Shown one piece after another: positions 1 through 10,596 of a stretch of 64,000 nucleotides of DNA. Under the pieces are notes generated by a model. That model made no database searches. It was given only the letters and a program-made list of their open reading frames with translations, and was not told where the DNA came from. The stretch spans positions 2,240,001 to 2,304,000 of the forward strand of contig OZ250172.1 of the NCBI GenBank assembly GCA_965237905.1. Direction: 5' to 3'. Position 1 is the first letter of the stretch. Each line of letters begins with the position of its first letter. The translations under genes were made by a program, and so were the position numbers. This DNA comes from Nitrospinaceae bacterium. GTDB lineage: Bacteria; Nitrospinota; Nitrospinia; Nitrospinales; Nitrospinaceae.

Positions 1-110
1 TTTCGCTCCAGTAGGGGAAGGAAAGTGCCAAACATGGTGAAATTGTGCAACCACCGGTTGATTACGGTAAGAATTTGTTTATAATAGATTAACTTTAAAT
101 GTATCATTGA

Positions 111-125
111 ATAATGATTCATTAT
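111..125. promoter_or_regulatory. 7-1-7 palindrome ATAATGA-T-TCATTAT, possible Fur-family operator
   Basis: Perfect inverted repeat about 80 bp upstream of the 207 ORF. Resembles the Fur core GATAATGAT-A-ATCATTATC but is 2 bp shorter. Confidence 0.35.
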
Positions 126-206
126 GAGAAGTCTTTTGCTAATTTAAGATCCTGACTTCGGAATTTTACATTCTCTGATATTAAATCCTAAGAAAAAGGT
201 GTATAC

Positions 207-680
207 ATGAGCTTATTGGTGCGATTTGGGTCTGTTTTTTTGATGGTTCTGCTGGTAGGATGTGCCTCTCAGGGTGGAGGCGATGACGCGGCTTCCAAGA
301 AAGCAGAGGGTTCCGGTGGCGAAGTCCAGATGAAATCCATGGATATGGGTGTGACCATCACCAAACCGGCAGCAATGGCCGACGTGGCCAGTCCCGTCGA
401 AATTTGTATGGAAACCAAGGGCTATACCGTTGAGCCTGCTAAAAATGGCGTCAACGCAGGGAAAGGGCACCATCACTTGATTATCGATGCGGACCTGCCC
501 GATCTCAGTCAACCGGTACCCAAAGATGCACAGCACATCCATATGGGTGACGGGTCCAGTTGCAAAACAATTGAATTAGCCAAGGGGAAGATGTATACCA
601 TTAAGGCTCTATTTGCCAAAGGCAACCACGTTCCTTACGATCCCCCGGTTACCGATTCCGTAGTTGTTTTTGTAAAGTAA
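207..680 (+). CDS. DUF4399-like lipoprotein
   Basis: Lipobox LVGC; motifs GHHHLIID and HIHMGDG typical of DUF4399; purine-rich AAAGGT upstream. Confidence 0.75.
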   Translation: MSLLVRFGSVFLMVLLVGCASQGGGDDAASKKAEGSGGEVQMKSMDMGVTITKPAAMADVASPVEICMETKGYTVEPAKNGVNAGKGHHHLIIDADLPDLSQPVPKDAQHIHMGDGSSCKTIELAKGKMYTIKALFAKGNHVPYDPPVTDSVVVFVK

Positions 681-704
681 AAATAAATCAAATGGGAGAT
701 GGCC

Positions 705-872
705 ATGAACATTTTGTGTAGAGTTTTAGCAGTATTCTTTATTTTGATCCTCGTTGGTTGTGAAACGACAGGCGGCGGTGGTGGGGCACCCAGTGTCTCA
801 AGTAGCGGCGGGATGACTGACGAACAACTCGTAAAAATGGGTATCAAAGAGACGTACCAACATAGACAGTAA
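705..872 (+). CDS. Small (55 aa) putative lipoprotein, absent from the ORF track
   Basis: MNILCRVLAVFFILILVGCETTGGGGGAPS...HRQ*; GGGAG RBS, hydrophobic stretch and LVGC lipobox; followed by a terminator. Confidence 0.7.
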   Translation: MNILCRVLAVFFILILVGCETTGGGGGAPSVSSSGGMTDEQLVKMGIKETYQHRQ

Positions 873-890
873 TCTTGTTTGATTCAAGAC

Positions 891-921
891 GCGCGGGCCT
901 GAAAAGGTCCGCGTTTTTTTT
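891..921 (+). terminator. Intrinsic terminator
   Basis: GCGCGGGCCT-GAAA-AGGTCCGCGT followed by a T-run, between convergent genes. Confidence 0.8.
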
Positions 922-934
922 GCCTGAAACCGGC

Positions 935-1636
935 TTACCGGGAATCGGACAGGGTCAGGAATTCCGATAGGCTTTCCAGGATGATGTCCGCGCCGGGAAA
1001 ATCAATGTTTTGATTGAGGCGGTTTCTGACAATGATGCAGGCCATGCCTGCCTCACGGGCGGCGGTGAGGCCCTTCAACGCGTCTTCCACCACCACGCAT
1101 TGTGCCGCCGGCAGGTCCAGTTCCCGTGCCGCCTCCAGGAAAATATCGGGAGAGGGTTTTTCCGGCCGGGGCGGGTCTTTGCCTAGAATGGTTTGAATCA
1201 GCGAATCCGCATTTTCGTTTTTGAGAATGGCGCGGATGTCGTGAGCCCACGAACCGGAAGCGATCGCCACCTTGAACCGGCCATTTAATTTCTGGATAAA
1301 TTGTTTGGCTTCGGGAAACAACTTGATGTCTCCGCTCTGGCAGAACCGGGAGTAGATTTCGAATTTCTGTTGCCGCATCTCTTCCGGCTTTACGTCCAGC
1401 TTTAAGTTGTAGCGCTCTATCTCTCCCTGAATGCCCTTGCCTTTGGAGGTGAACTCCACCCAGTACTCATCCGGATCGATGCTGTGCCCATACCGTTCAA
1501 AAACTTCGTTGTAGGCGCGGTAATGGAACGGCTCTGAATCGGCGATCAAGCCGTCGAAATCGAGAATGACGCCTGCGCGCTGGTCCAGCAGTGCCTTCAA
1601 TTTGTGACTTCTTTCCGGGGAACCGGTTTCGCTCAT
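935..1636 (-). CDS. HAD-family phosphatase (beta-phosphoglucomutase-like)
   Basis: DFDGLIADSE motif I, KPSPDIF and EDA motifs. Start taken at MSETG; the track's 1696 start overlaps lepB. Confidence 0.85.
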   Translation of the reverse strand: MSETGSPERSHKLKALLDQRAGVILDFDGLIADSEPFHYRAYNEVFERYGHSIDPDEYWVEFTSKGKGIQGEIERYNLKLDVKPEEMRQQKFEIYSRFCQSGDIKLFPEAKQFIQKLNGRFKVAIASGSWAHDIRAILKNENADSLIQTILGKDPPRPEKPSPDIFLEAARELDLPAAQCVVVEDALKGLTAAREAGMACIIVRNRLNQNIDFPGADIILESLSEFLTLSDSR

Positions 1637-1664
1637 AATGGTGAGAAGGGATAAAGGAATTGAT

Positions 1665-2357
1665 TCAACGATAAACAGAATCTCCGAGGCGGTCATTGCG
1701 CACCTTCCACCAGCTGGTATCTTTGCTGTCCCAGGACCAGTAGATCCATTGTGCCTTGCCGCGTAAATTTTTCAGGTCCAAAACTCCCCACATCCGGCTG
1801 TCATGACTGTTTTCGCGGTTGTCTCCCATGACAAATATATGTTCTTCCGGGATGCGCAGAGGAGCCATGTTGTCCCTGGGGACCAGTGAAGACGGGGGTT
1901 CCGAGTGATGCGCATAGGGTTCTTTTAGCAATTTGTCGTTGATATAGACCCTTTGATTGATCACCTGAATGGTTTCACCCGGCAGGCCGACCACCCGCTT
2001 GATAAAATCTTTGTCCGGTTCCATGGGAAATTTGAAAACGACAATATTTCCACGTTCCGGAACGCTGGAAAAAAAATGATAGTCCGGAAACAGTTGGATA
2101 CTGGTAAACGGGATTTCGTTGGGAACATGGATGCTGTAGCTGAATTTGGAAACCAAAAGATGGTCCCCTATCAGCAAGGTTGGCTCCATCGACCCTGACG
2201 GAATTTTGAACGCCTGAATGATGAAGGTCCGAATCAGCAAGGCCAGGATCAGTGCAATGATCAGCGCTTCCGCGTATTCCCGGACAACGGTTTTCTGCGG
2301 TTTCCCGGCCTTCAGTACTTCTGCCGATTCTTCAGTATTTTCAGGTTTATTTGACAT
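1665..2357 (-). CDS. lepB: Signal peptidase I
   Basis: [10 protein letters not shown] (catalytic Ser), [10 protein letters not shown] (catalytic Lys), [11 protein letters not shown]; directly after lepA. Confidence 0.97.
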   Translation of the reverse strand: MSNKPENTEESAEVLKAGKPQKTVVREYAEALIIALILALLIRTFIIQAFKIPSGSMEPTLLIGDHLLVSKFSYSIHVPNEIPFTSIQLFPDYHFFSSVPERGNIVVFKFPMEPDKDFIKRVVGLPGETIQVINQRVYINDKLLKEPYAHHSEPPSSLVPRDNMAPLRIPEEHIFVMGDNRENSHDSRMWGVLDLKNLRGKAQWIYWSWDSKDTSWWKVRNDRLGDSVYR

Positions 2358-4149
2358 CCGTTCTCAGTACCGCCAGAAATGCTTCCTGCGGAATTTCCAC
2401 TTTGCCGATGAGTTTCATTTTCTTTTTGCCGGCTTTTTGTTTCTCCAGCAATTTTCGTTTTCGGGTGATGTCACCGCCGTAGCATTTGGCCAGCACGTTT
2501 TTACGGAGGGCTTTGACGGCCTCCTTGGCGATGACTTTACCGCCGACCGAGGCCTGGATGGCCACCTCGAACATTTGCCGGGGAATTTGCTCCTTGAGTT
2601 TTTTAACCAGCTCCCGACCCCGATGGTACGCTTTGTCTTTGTGAGAGATCATCGAAAGCGCGTCCACCAGCTCCCCATTGAACAGGATGTCCAACTTTAC
2701 CAGATTTGATTCCCGAAAATCTATAAAATCATAATCGAACGAAGCGTATCCTTTGGTCGAGGACTTGAGCTGGTCGTAAAAATCGAGAACGATTTCACTG
2801 AACGGCATATCGTATTGCAGGAGCACGGTTTTGGGGGTCAGGTATTCCATTTTGGTTTGAATGCCGCGGCGGTCACGCGTGAGGGACATGATGGTGCCCA
2901 CATATTCCTCCGGTACGATGATGGTTCCCGTCACGTACGGTTCCTCAATCCGGTCGGCCCGCGTTTGTCTGATCAGGTTCACCGGGTTGTCGATCATTTC
3001 CTCTTTCCCGTTTTCGTGAATCAGCCGGTAGATAACGGTGGGTGCCGTGGTTAAGAGTTCCACCCGGTATTCCCGCTCCAGCCGTTCGCGCACAATCTCC
3101 ATATGCAGGAGTCCCAGAAATCCGCAACGGAACCCGAATCCCAGCGCCGCCGAGGTTTCCGGTTCGTAAGTGAACGAGGAGTCGTTCAACCGGAGTTTCT
3201 TGAGCGCGTCGCGGAGCGGTTCGTAGTGGTCGCCCTGAATGGGATAGAGACCACTGAACACCATGGGTTTGACCTCCTTGTACCCTGTCAGCGGTTTTTC
3301 GCACGGACGGCCCACTTCGGTGATGGTATCGCCGATATGGGTCTGGTCGAGTTGCTTGATGCCGGCGATGATGTATCCCACCTCGCCCGCGCTCAATTGT
3401 TTGACCCGGCAGGGGGCGGGGGTAAAAGTGCCCAGCTCCTCCACCTCGAACTGATTGCCCGTCGCTATCATCCGTATGTTCATGCCCTCTGTGATCGTGC
3501 CATCCATCACCCGGGTCAGGGTGATCACGCCCCGGTAGGAGTCGTACCAGGAATCGAACAGCAGGCTTTTAACAGGATCTTTGGTCTTGCCCGATGGTGG
3601 AGGAATCAGGCGAACCACCGCTTCCAGGATTTCTTTGATGCCAATGCCCTCCTTGGCGCTGGCCAGAATCGCGTCCGACGAATCGATCTGCAAAACGTCC
3701 TCCAGTTGCTCCATCACCGCTTCCGGATTGGCGCTGGGCAGGTCGATTTTGTTGATGACGGGAAGGATATACAGATTGTGTTGCATCGCCAGGTTGACGT
3801 TGGCGATGGTTTGCGCCTGAATGCCCTGCGAAGCGTCGACCACCAATAGAACGCCCTCGCAGGCCGCCAGGCTCCGCGACACTTCGTAGGTGAAATCGAC
3901 ATGGCCGGGGGTATCGATCATGTTGAAGATGTAATTCTCTCCGTCATCCGCCTTATAGTGGAGGCGCACGGTCTGTGCCTTGATGGTGATGCCGCGCTCG
4001 CGTTCCAGGTCCATGCTGTCCAGAACCTGCTCCTTCATCTCTCTTTCCTGCAGGCCGCCGGTTTCGAGAATCAGTTTGTCCGCCAGCGTGGACTTGCCGT
4101 GGTCGATGTGGGCGATGATGGAAAAATTGCGTATGTTTTTTAATGGCAT
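2347..4149 (-). CDS. lepA: Elongation factor 4
   Basis: [27 protein letters not shown]-terminal [18 protein letters not shown]. Confidence 0.99.
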   Translation of the reverse strand: MPLKNIRNFSIIAHIDHGKSTLADKLILETGGLQEREMKEQVLDSMDLERERGITIKAQTVRLHYKADDGENYIFNMIDTPGHVDFTYEVSRSLAACEGVLLVVDASQGIQAQTIANVNLAMQHNLYILPVINKIDLPSANPEAVMEQLEDVLQIDSSDAILASAKEGIGIKEILEAVVRLIPPPSGKTKDPVKSLLFDSWYDSYRGVITLTRVMDGTITEGMNIRMIATGNQFEVEELGTFTPAPCRVKQLSAGEVGYIIAGIKQLDQTHIGDTITEVGRPCEKPLTGYKEVKPMVFSGLYPIQGDHYEPLRDALKKLRLNDSSFTYEPETSAALGFGFRCGFLGLLHMEIVRERLEREYRVELLTTAPTVIYRLIHENGKEEMIDNPVNLIRQTRADRIEEPYVTGTIIVPEEYVGTIMSLTRDRRGIQTKMEYLTPKTVLLQYDMPFSEIVLDFYDQLKSSTKGYASFDYDFIDFRESNLVKLDILFNGELVDALSMISHKDKAYHRGRELVKKLKEQIPRQMFEVAIQASVGGKVIAKEAVKALRKNVLAKCYGGDITRKRKLLEKQKAGKKKMKLIGKVEIPQEAFLAVLRTDVK

Positions 4150-4257
4150 GAAAATTTCGTGTTGGTCTTCAAATCAATGATAAGTCGTTTCAATCCGCGA
4201 AAGGACTGGGTTGATGGGAGGCGGGAGTCAGCCGGAAAGGCCCGCCGGAAACCGGGC

Positions 4258-5319
4258 CTACGTGGTGCCGGCATCCACCTGGGGAATCGATATCCCCGGG
4301 GACGATTTCCGTGAGGAAGTTTTAACGGTCCATTGCGTGGTTTGCCGTCGAGCCAATGGCAGGGGGTAGAGATCGGACAAACGGTGTAGATAGGCCTGCC
4401 AATCATTAAACCGGAGTTTGATTGCTTCGTAATCCTCGGCATTGTCGATATCCAACGCGGCTCCGGGAAGCGGGGATTCCAATCCCATGAATCGCGTGTC
4501 CATAATATTAGAGATGCATTCCTCCAGTCCCTGTTTGGGAACCCATGACCGGAAAACCCGCACCAGGGGTTTGAGGTTCATCCATGAAAAAAACAGGCCC
4601 AGCAGTAATCCGATGTAATACCGGTAGCGGCTCTTCTTGTCTTTGCCGATGAGTTTCCACCCGAAGAGTATCACGTTTTTAAAATTGCGCTGGTACCGGT
4701 AGTGGTACATCTGTTGTACATAATGACGGTTTCCTATTCGGATGGGTTTGACCAGATGCAAATTGTTGATCCGGTACCGACGTTCTTTAAGATGAAGATA
4801 CGCCATTTCGACTCCCGGTTTCCCCGGTTCTGGATAAAAGGCCCGGAGGTTTTCTTCCGGAGTCAAACCCAACAGCAGGTCATTATTTTTCAGGTCGCTG
4901 TTTTGAACGAAATAATCAATTTCGTGCGACGTGATCAATGGTGAATCGCAGGGAACCACCAGAACCGCCCGGTCCCGGTAGGGAGAATTCTCCAGTTTGT
5001 TTTCTGGCACCTCTTCCGGCAGGGTGTGCAGAAAGCTGTGCCAGACATTCTCATAGAGATTCCGCTTTTGTTCCAGAACGTGGATGGGTTTTGGGCTGAC
5101 CCTGTTGATGCCGTCTGCGTCCAGGTGTCTCAAAAGGGCGTCGCGCGGGCCTGTGATGGTGATGCTGCGGACGGACTCCGCCCCCTGCAATGCTTCAATC
5201 ACATAGCTGATCACACATTTTCCCTCGATCGGCAGGAAGGCTTTGTGCTGATGGTACACCTTGTAGCTGTCTTTGCCCTCCCCAGCGACCAATAGGGCAT
5301 CGTATTGTTTGAATTCCAT
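4258..5319 (-). CDS. MobA-like nucleotidyltransferase-fold protein
   Basis: LLVAGEG..HKAFLPIEGK, PCDSPL, DIDNAEDY; AGGGG RBS before MEFKQ. Confidence 0.7.
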   Translation of the reverse strand: MEFKQYDALLVAGEGKDSYKVYHQHKAFLPIEGKCVISYVIEALQGAESVRSITITGPRDALLRHLDADGINRVSPKPIHVLEQKRNLYENVWHSFLHTLPEEVPENKLENSPYRDRAVLVVPCDSPLITSHEIDYFVQNSDLKNNDLLLGLTPEENLRAFYPEPGKPGVEMAYLHLKERRYRINNLHLVKPIRIGNRHYVQQMYHYRYQRNFKNVILFGWKLIGKDKKSRYRYYIGLLLGLFFSWMNLKPLVRVFRSWVPKQGLEECISNIMDTRFMGLESPLPGAALDIDNAEDYEAIKLRFNDWQAYLHRLSDLYPLPLARRQTTQWTVKTSSRKSSPGISIPQVDAGTT

Positions 5320-5538
5320 GGCCACGCCCCTGCTGGATTCTGTCCTGAATAACACTCAATTATATAATATTAAAACCGGAAATAATTATCAAAATGCGAA
5401 ATTGGGCCATTCTCTTAAAAGGCCTATAAATCAAGGCGGTTTTTTTGCCGGAGAGCGATTTTGGGCCTTGATCTCCCTCGGGAATTTGATTATACACAGT
5501 ATTCATCTTTAACCGCTCCACCGGGAACCCTTCATTTC

Positions 5539-6657
5539 ATGTCTGCCAACACACCGTTAAAAACCACGCCGCTTTTTGAAATCCACAAAAAACTGAACGG
5601 GAAGATAGTGCCCTTTGCCGGGTGGAATATGCCCATCCAGTATGCCGGGGTGATCGAGGAACATCGGACCGTGCGCGAAGGGGTGGGGGTGTTCGATGTC
5701 AGCCATATGGGGGAACTGGACATCCGAGGCCGCGAGGCCAAACCGTTTCTCCAGAAATTACTGACCAACGATATGGACAAGCTGGATAATGGCGGCATCC
5801 TGTATTCGCTGATGTGCTATGAGAATGGGGGCGTGGTGGATGATTTGCTGGTGCACCGGTTCGAGCAGGATCATTATTTCCTGTGCGTCAACGCCTCCAA
5901 TACGGACAAGGATTTTGAGTGGGCCCGTGGACTGGCCGGAGAATTTGACGTGCAGGTGGATAACATCAGCGACCGCACCGCCCAGCTGGCGATTCAGGGT
6001 CCGCGTGCCGAGTCCCTGCTTCAGAAGCTGACCGATATTTCGCTGGGCGATCTGGCTTACTATCGTTTTCAGAAGGGCTGGGTGAGTGACGAAGAAGCCA
6101 TCATCGCCCGCACCGGTTATACCGGCGAGGATGGGTTTGAAATTTATATGGATGCGAGTTCAGCGGTTCCGGTGTTCGAATCCTTGTTGGAGACGGGTAA
6201 GGAATTTGATCTGCAACCGATCGGCTTGGGCGCGCGCGATACCCTGCGCCTGGAAATGGGCTACCCGCTTTACGGACAGGAGATCGATGCCGACCATTCA
6301 CCTCTGGAAGCGGGCTTGGGTTGGGTCATCAAACTCAAGAAAACCGACGCCTTTGTGGGGCAGAAACCTCTTATGAATCAAAAGGATAAAGGGTTGTCGC
6401 AAAAGCTGGTCGGGGTCAAATTGGTGGACCGTGGCGTGCCCCGTTCCCATTACCCGGTGTTGAATGACGGAACCTCAGTGGGCGAGGTGACTAGCGGTAC
6501 ATTTTCACCGACCTTGAATACCGGAGTAGCCTTGTGTAATGTACCCACGGAATTATCAAAACCCGGCACGCGGCTGGACATCGCCATCCGCAACTCGACG
6601 GTTGCGGGAGAGGTGACGTCCCTGCCTTTCGTTCCCAGCCGGGTGAAAAAGAAATAA
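5539..6657 (+). CDS. gcvT: Glycine cleavage aminomethyltransferase (T protein)
   Basis: FDVSHMG, RTGYTGEDGFE, GLGARDTLRLE; upstream of gcvH. Confidence 0.97.
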   Translation: MSANTPLKTTPLFEIHKKLNGKIVPFAGWNMPIQYAGVIEEHRTVREGVGVFDVSHMGELDIRGREAKPFLQKLLTNDMDKLDNGGILYSLMCYENGGVVDDLLVHRFEQDHYFLCVNASNTDKDFEWARGLAGEFDVQVDNISDRTAQLAIQGPRAESLLQKLTDISLGDLAYYRFQKGWVSDEEAIIARTGYTGEDGFEIYMDASSAVPVFESLLETGKEFDLQPIGLGARDTLRLEMGYPLYGQEIDADHSPLEAGLGWVIKLKKTDAFVGQKPLMNQKDKGLSQKLVGVKLVDRGVPRSHYPVLNDGTSVGEVTSGTFSPTLNTGVALCNVPTELSKPGTRLDIAIRNSTVAGEVTSLPFVPSRVKKK

Positions 6658-6664
6658 AACCCCT

Positions 6665-6695
6665 GAACCCCGGATGCTTCGAAATGCCGGGGTTC
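6665..6695 (+). terminator. Intergenic stem-loop between gcvT and gcvH (weak terminator or stabiliser)
   Basis: GAACCCCGG...CCGGGGTTC inverted repeat followed by AT-rich sequence. Confidence 0.45.
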
Positions 6696-6741
6696 GGATT
6701 ATATTTTTCCATCGAACGAGAACAATAATAAGGAGGAAAGG

Positions 6742-7131
6742 ATGGAGGTCCCGAAAGATTTTCGGTATACACGTGAACATGAATGGCTGAAAGTGGATGG
6801 GGCCAAAGGAGTGGTCGGTATTACCCATTTCGCTCAGGACCAGTTGGGCGACGTGGTATTCGTCGAGGTGCCCGCTGTGGGAACGGAGTTGGCCGCGGAG
6901 AATACCTTTGGGGTGGTGGAGTCGGTCAAAACCGTATCCGATTTGTATTCCCCGGTCGCCGGCAAGGTAGTCGCCGTCAACAAAGACCTGGAAGCCAACC
7001 CTGAACTGGTCAACAAGGATCCCTACGGCAAAGGCTGGATGATCGAAATAGAACTGTCCGATTCCGGTGAGTCTGAGGGCTTGCTTTCGGCGGCAGATTA
7101 CGAAGCCTTCATCAAGGAACAGCAGGGATAA
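6742..7131 (+). CDS. gcvH: Glycine cleavage H protein
   Basis: HEWL, GITHFAQDQLGD, lipoyl-Lys motif VESVKTVSD; AAGGAGG RBS. Confidence 0.98.
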   Translation: MEVPKDFRYTREHEWLKVDGAKGVVGITHFAQDQLGDVVFVEVPAVGTELAAENTFGVVESVKTVSDLYSPVAGKVVAVNKDLEANPELVNKDPYGKGWMIEIELSDSGESEGLLSAADYEAFIKEQQG

Positions 7132-7156
7132 TTTGCATCCCGCATCCAACTGACTC

Positions 7157-8500
7157 ATGCGCTATATCCCGCACACGGAAACCGATATTCGGGAAATGCT
7201 CTCGGCCATCGGCATCAAGGAGATAGGGGAGCTGTTCCACAGCATCCCGGAGGCGTTGCGTCTGGAGGCTCCTCTGGACCTGCCCCCTGCACTTCCCGAG
7301 GCGGACCTCACACAAGCCCTGAACCAACTGGCGAGCCGGAATGTGAACCTTGAAGAATGCTCCGTGTTTCTCGGTGCGGGGGCGTACCGGCATTTCACGC
7401 CGTCAGTCGTGAATCACCTCATTCTGCGCGGCGAGTTTCTGACCAGCTACACGCCTTATCAACCGGAAGTCAGCCAGGGCACCTTGCAGGCCATTTTCGA
7501 GTTTCAAAGCTTCGTCTCCATGCTCACCGGCATGGAGATCGCCAACGCATCGATTTATGACGGTGCGTCTTCATTGGCGGAAGCGGTGCTCATGGCGCAC
7601 CGCGTCAACAACCGCAACGAGGTGTTGATGGCCCGCACCGTCCATCCCGAATACCGGCAGGTGGTGGAGACGTATACGCGGGGCATCGATTTCAAAATTA
7701 CCGAAGTGCCGTATCAGGAAAACGGCCAGACGGATCTTGATTTTATCAAACAGCACGTAACCGATGACATCAGTTCGGTGGTGATCCAGTCGCCTAATTT
7801 TTTCGGCATCGTGGAACAGTACGCCGAGTTGGGAGAATTTCTGAAGGAAAAGGAAACCCTGTTGATCGTCGTGGTGGCGGAGGCGACGTCTCTTGGCATT
7901 TTGAAACCGCCCGGCGAACGGGGAGCAGACATCGTCGCCGGAGAAGGGCAGGGTTGGGGATTGCCGGTATCCTATGGCGGACCCCATGTCGGATTTTTCG
8001 CAACCAAGGAACCGTTTTTCAGACAGATTCCGGGGCGCATTGTGGGCGAGACGGTCGACCGCGCCGGCCAACGTTCCTACGCGCTGACCCTGGCGACACG
8101 CGAACAGCACATCCGCCGCGAAAAGGCGACGTCCAACATTTGTACCAATCAGGGCCTATGCGCGTTGGCGGCGACGATTTGGCTGGCGGCAATGGGCAAG
8201 CAGGGAGTGCGCGATGTCGCGCTCCAGAACCTGAAGACCGCCGACGCGCTCAAGAATAAACTACAACATCTAAAGGGCTTTGGCCTGCGGTTCCTGTCCG
8301 ATACCTATAATGAATTCGTGTTGGAATGCCCCGGACCGGCGCCGGAACTTCATGCCAAACTGTTGGAAGCTAATATCGTCGCCGGTTTGCCCTTGGGACA
8401 TTTTTACCCTGAGCTGGGTAATTGTCTACTCCTCTGCGCCACCGAAATGAACTCTCTGGAGAGCCTTGACCACTTCGCCGACCAACTGGGTTCCTTGTAA
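7157..8500 (+). CDS. gcvPA: Glycine dehydrogenase subunit 1
   Basis: YTPYQPEVSQG, REQHIRREKATSNICTNQ; 447 aa, the split-P alpha size. Confidence 0.97.
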   Translation: MRYIPHTETDIREMLSAIGIKEIGELFHSIPEALRLEAPLDLPPALPEADLTQALNQLASRNVNLEECSVFLGAGAYRHFTPSVVNHLILRGEFLTSYTPYQPEVSQGTLQAIFEFQSFVSMLTGMEIANASIYDGASSLAEAVLMAHRVNNRNEVLMARTVHPEYRQVVETYTRGIDFKITEVPYQENGQTDLDFIKQHVTDDISSVVIQSPNFFGIVEQYAELGEFLKEKETLLIVVVAEATSLGILKPPGERGADIVAGEGQGWGLPVSYGGPHVGFFATKEPFFRQIPGRIVGETVDRAGQRSYALTLATREQHIRREKATSNICTNQGLCALAATIWLAAMGKQGVRDVALQNLKTADALKNKLQHLKGFGLRFLSDTYNEFVLECPGPAPELHAKLLEANIVAGLPLGHFYPELGNCLLLCATEMNSLESLDHFADQLGSL

Positions 8501-8717
8501 ATCTAAAACAGATCGAGAGGAATCTGGACCGGAGCCCTCCCCACCGACGGGTTTGGTAGGACCGCCATCTTCAATGAAATTGAAAAACTTTCGGGGAAAA
8601 GAGGGTTTTTTGATGTACAAACCGTAAATTTCGATTATCATTTAAAGGATCGACCACGTCCCAGTGGTATTCGATCCGGTCATTTAAGACCTTAACCGTG
8701 TAAAGGAGATCATACGC

Positions 8718-9038
8718 ATGGCAGCCTCGAATGGAAACAAACCACCCACCAAGTCAGAAGTATTTAATCACATCGCCTCGGAAACAGGATTAACCCGCAA
8801 AGAAGTCGGCGCCGTATTCGAATCTCTTGGAGGGATGATTAGCAAATCGCTCTCGTCGCGCGGTCCCGGCCTGTTCAACGTAGTGGGAATGATGAAAATC
8901 AAAGTGGTCAAGAAACCGGCTACCAAAGAGAGAAAAGGCATCAATCCTTTTACCGGCGAAGAAGCCATCTTCAAGGCAAAGCCCGCCCGCAAGGTAGTCA
9001 AGGTTCAGCCGCTGAAAGCCCTGAAAGACATGGTGTGA
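8718..9038 (+). CDS. HU/IHF-family DNA-binding protein
   Basis: TKSEV..IASETGLTRKEV, RKGINPFTGE arm; AAGGAG RBS. Confidence 0.92.
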   Translation: MAASNGNKPPTKSEVFNHIASETGLTRKEVGAVFESLGGMISKSLSSRGPGLFNVVGMMKIKVVKKPATKERKGINPFTGEEAIFKAKPARKVVKVQPLKALKDMV

Positions 9039-9077
9039 CCGTACCCCGTTACACCGCAGCACCCCAACAAAAATTAC

Positions 9078-9117
9078 ACAGCAGGCTCAAGGTGATTTAT
9101 CGCCTTGAGCTTGTTGT
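9078..9117. terminator. Long stem-loop between convergent genes
   Basis: ACAGCAGGCTCAAGGTGAT-TT-ATCGCCTTGAGCTTGTTGT, including G:U pairs. Confidence 0.7.
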
Positions 9118-9183
9118 ATAATCTCTCCTCTTTATTCTTGTTGTTGCCAGTACCCATTCTGTTAAAAAAAATTTCTGCGGAAC

Positions 9184-10557
9184 TTATTTGATTTTGCCTG
9201 TCAGTTCTTCGGCAGGGTAGGTGAGGATTTCGGACAGAGTCGGATGGTAATGCGGCATGGTGAGCAGGTCTTTCACAGTTCCTTTATAGTACATGACAGC
9301 AATCAATTGATGAATCAGCTCGCCCCCTTCGGGGCCGGTGATATGGCCTCCGAGGATTTCTCCGCTTTTGGGATGGCACAGCAATTTCACATGACCGTGC
9401 GTTTCCCCCAAGCATAACGATTTACCATGATCGTCGAACGGGTACGACGCGGCAAGATAATCGATTTTTTTCTTCGCGCAATCTTTTTCAGTGAGTCCGA
9501 CGCTCGCCACCTGCGGGTCGGTGAACACGACGTTGGTGGTGAGCCGTTCGTCGACCTCCCGCGGAGTTTGATCCAGATGCGTTGCGTTCCAAGCCGCAAC
9601 TTCGCCCTGCTGGATGGCGATGTGCACCACCTCGTGCAGGCCGTTGACGTCCCCCACCGCAAAGATGTGCGGCTGGCTGGTCCGCATGGCGCAATCGACG
9701 CCGATGCCCCACTCGCCCATCTCCACTCCCGCCGCGTCAAGGTTCAGCCCGTTGGTATTCGGACGGCGTCCCAGCGCATCCAGGATACACGCGGCGGACA
9801 CCGATTTCTCCTTCCCCTCGTGCATGAAACGGACGGTTTTATGATTTCCTTCGGCTGACACCTGTTGCAACTGTGTGCCGGTATAAACGGTCATGCCCTC
9901 CTCACGGAACCGCGCTTCGACGGGCCGCGCCAGATCTTCATCAGTGAACGACAGGATGTGTCGGCTTCGCTGGATGAGCGTCACCCGCGTGCCGATGCGT
10001 TGATAAAATTGCGCCAGCTCAACCGCGACCGGCCCGGCGCCCAGCACGATCATCGACTCCGGCCACTCTTTCAACTCCAGCACGTCGTCGCTGGTTAGAT
10101 ACCCCGTTTCCTCCAGGCCGGGAACGGGAACTTGATCAATGACCGATCCGGTGGCGATGATGAACGATTTGGCGGACAGCCGTTGTCCTCCGGCTTCGAT
10201 TTCATTGGGCGATACGAAGGCGGCTTTGTCTTGTATCAAGGTGAAGCGTGGATTTTTGAGTTGCCCGATACGGTAGTCCGCAAATTCGCGGATGAGCTTG
10301 TTTTTGCGATCGATGATGGCGGCCAGATCGGCTTGGACACCCGTTGCGGACAGTCCGAACTCCCCGGCTCGTTGCATGAGGGCCATGATGTCTGACGAGC
10401 GCAAAATGGTTTTGGTGGGCATGCACCCACGCAGGATGCACAGTCCGCCGAGCGGACCGGGATCGACGATTGCCACTTTCGCGCCTGCCGATTGCGCCGT
10501 ATCTGCCGCCGCGTAACCGCCGGAGCCGCCGCCGATGACGATGACATCGTAGTCCAT
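9184..10557 (-). CDS. Pyridine nucleotide-disulfide oxidoreductase (dihydrolipoamide dehydrogenase-like)
   Basis: GGGSGG FAD motif, GGLCILRGCMPTK redox disulfide, C-terminal HPTLSE. Confidence 0.9.
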   Translation of the reverse strand: MDYDVIVIGGGSGGYAAADTAQSAGAKVAIVDPGPLGGLCILRGCMPTKTILRSSDIMALMQRAGEFGLSATGVQADLAAIIDRKNKLIREFADYRIGQLKNPRFTLIQDKAAFVSPNEIEAGGQRLSAKSFIIATGSVIDQVPVPGLEETGYLTSDDVLELKEWPESMIVLGAGPVAVELAQFYQRIGTRVTLIQRSRHILSFTDEDLARPVEARFREEGMTVYTGTQLQQVSAEGNHKTVRFMHEGKEKSVSAACILDALGRRPNTNGLNLDAAGVEMGEWGIGVDCAMRTSQPHIFAVGDVNGLHEVVHIAIQQGEVAAWNATHLDQTPREVDERLTTNVVFTDPQVASVGLTEKDCAKKKIDYLAASYPFDDHGKSLCLGETHGHVKLLCHPKSGEILGGHITGPEGGELIHQLIAVMYYKGTVKDLLTMPHYHPTLSEILTYPAEELTGKIK

Positions 10558-10596
10558 GAAATGGGTCTGGGTGAAGAGTTAGTGGGGTCCGGCGCG

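Noticed and set aside
5320..5538. Glycine riboswitch upstream of gcvT
   Set aside because: Only an isolated GGAGAG; the CCGAAG and CTCTCAGG core elements are absent.
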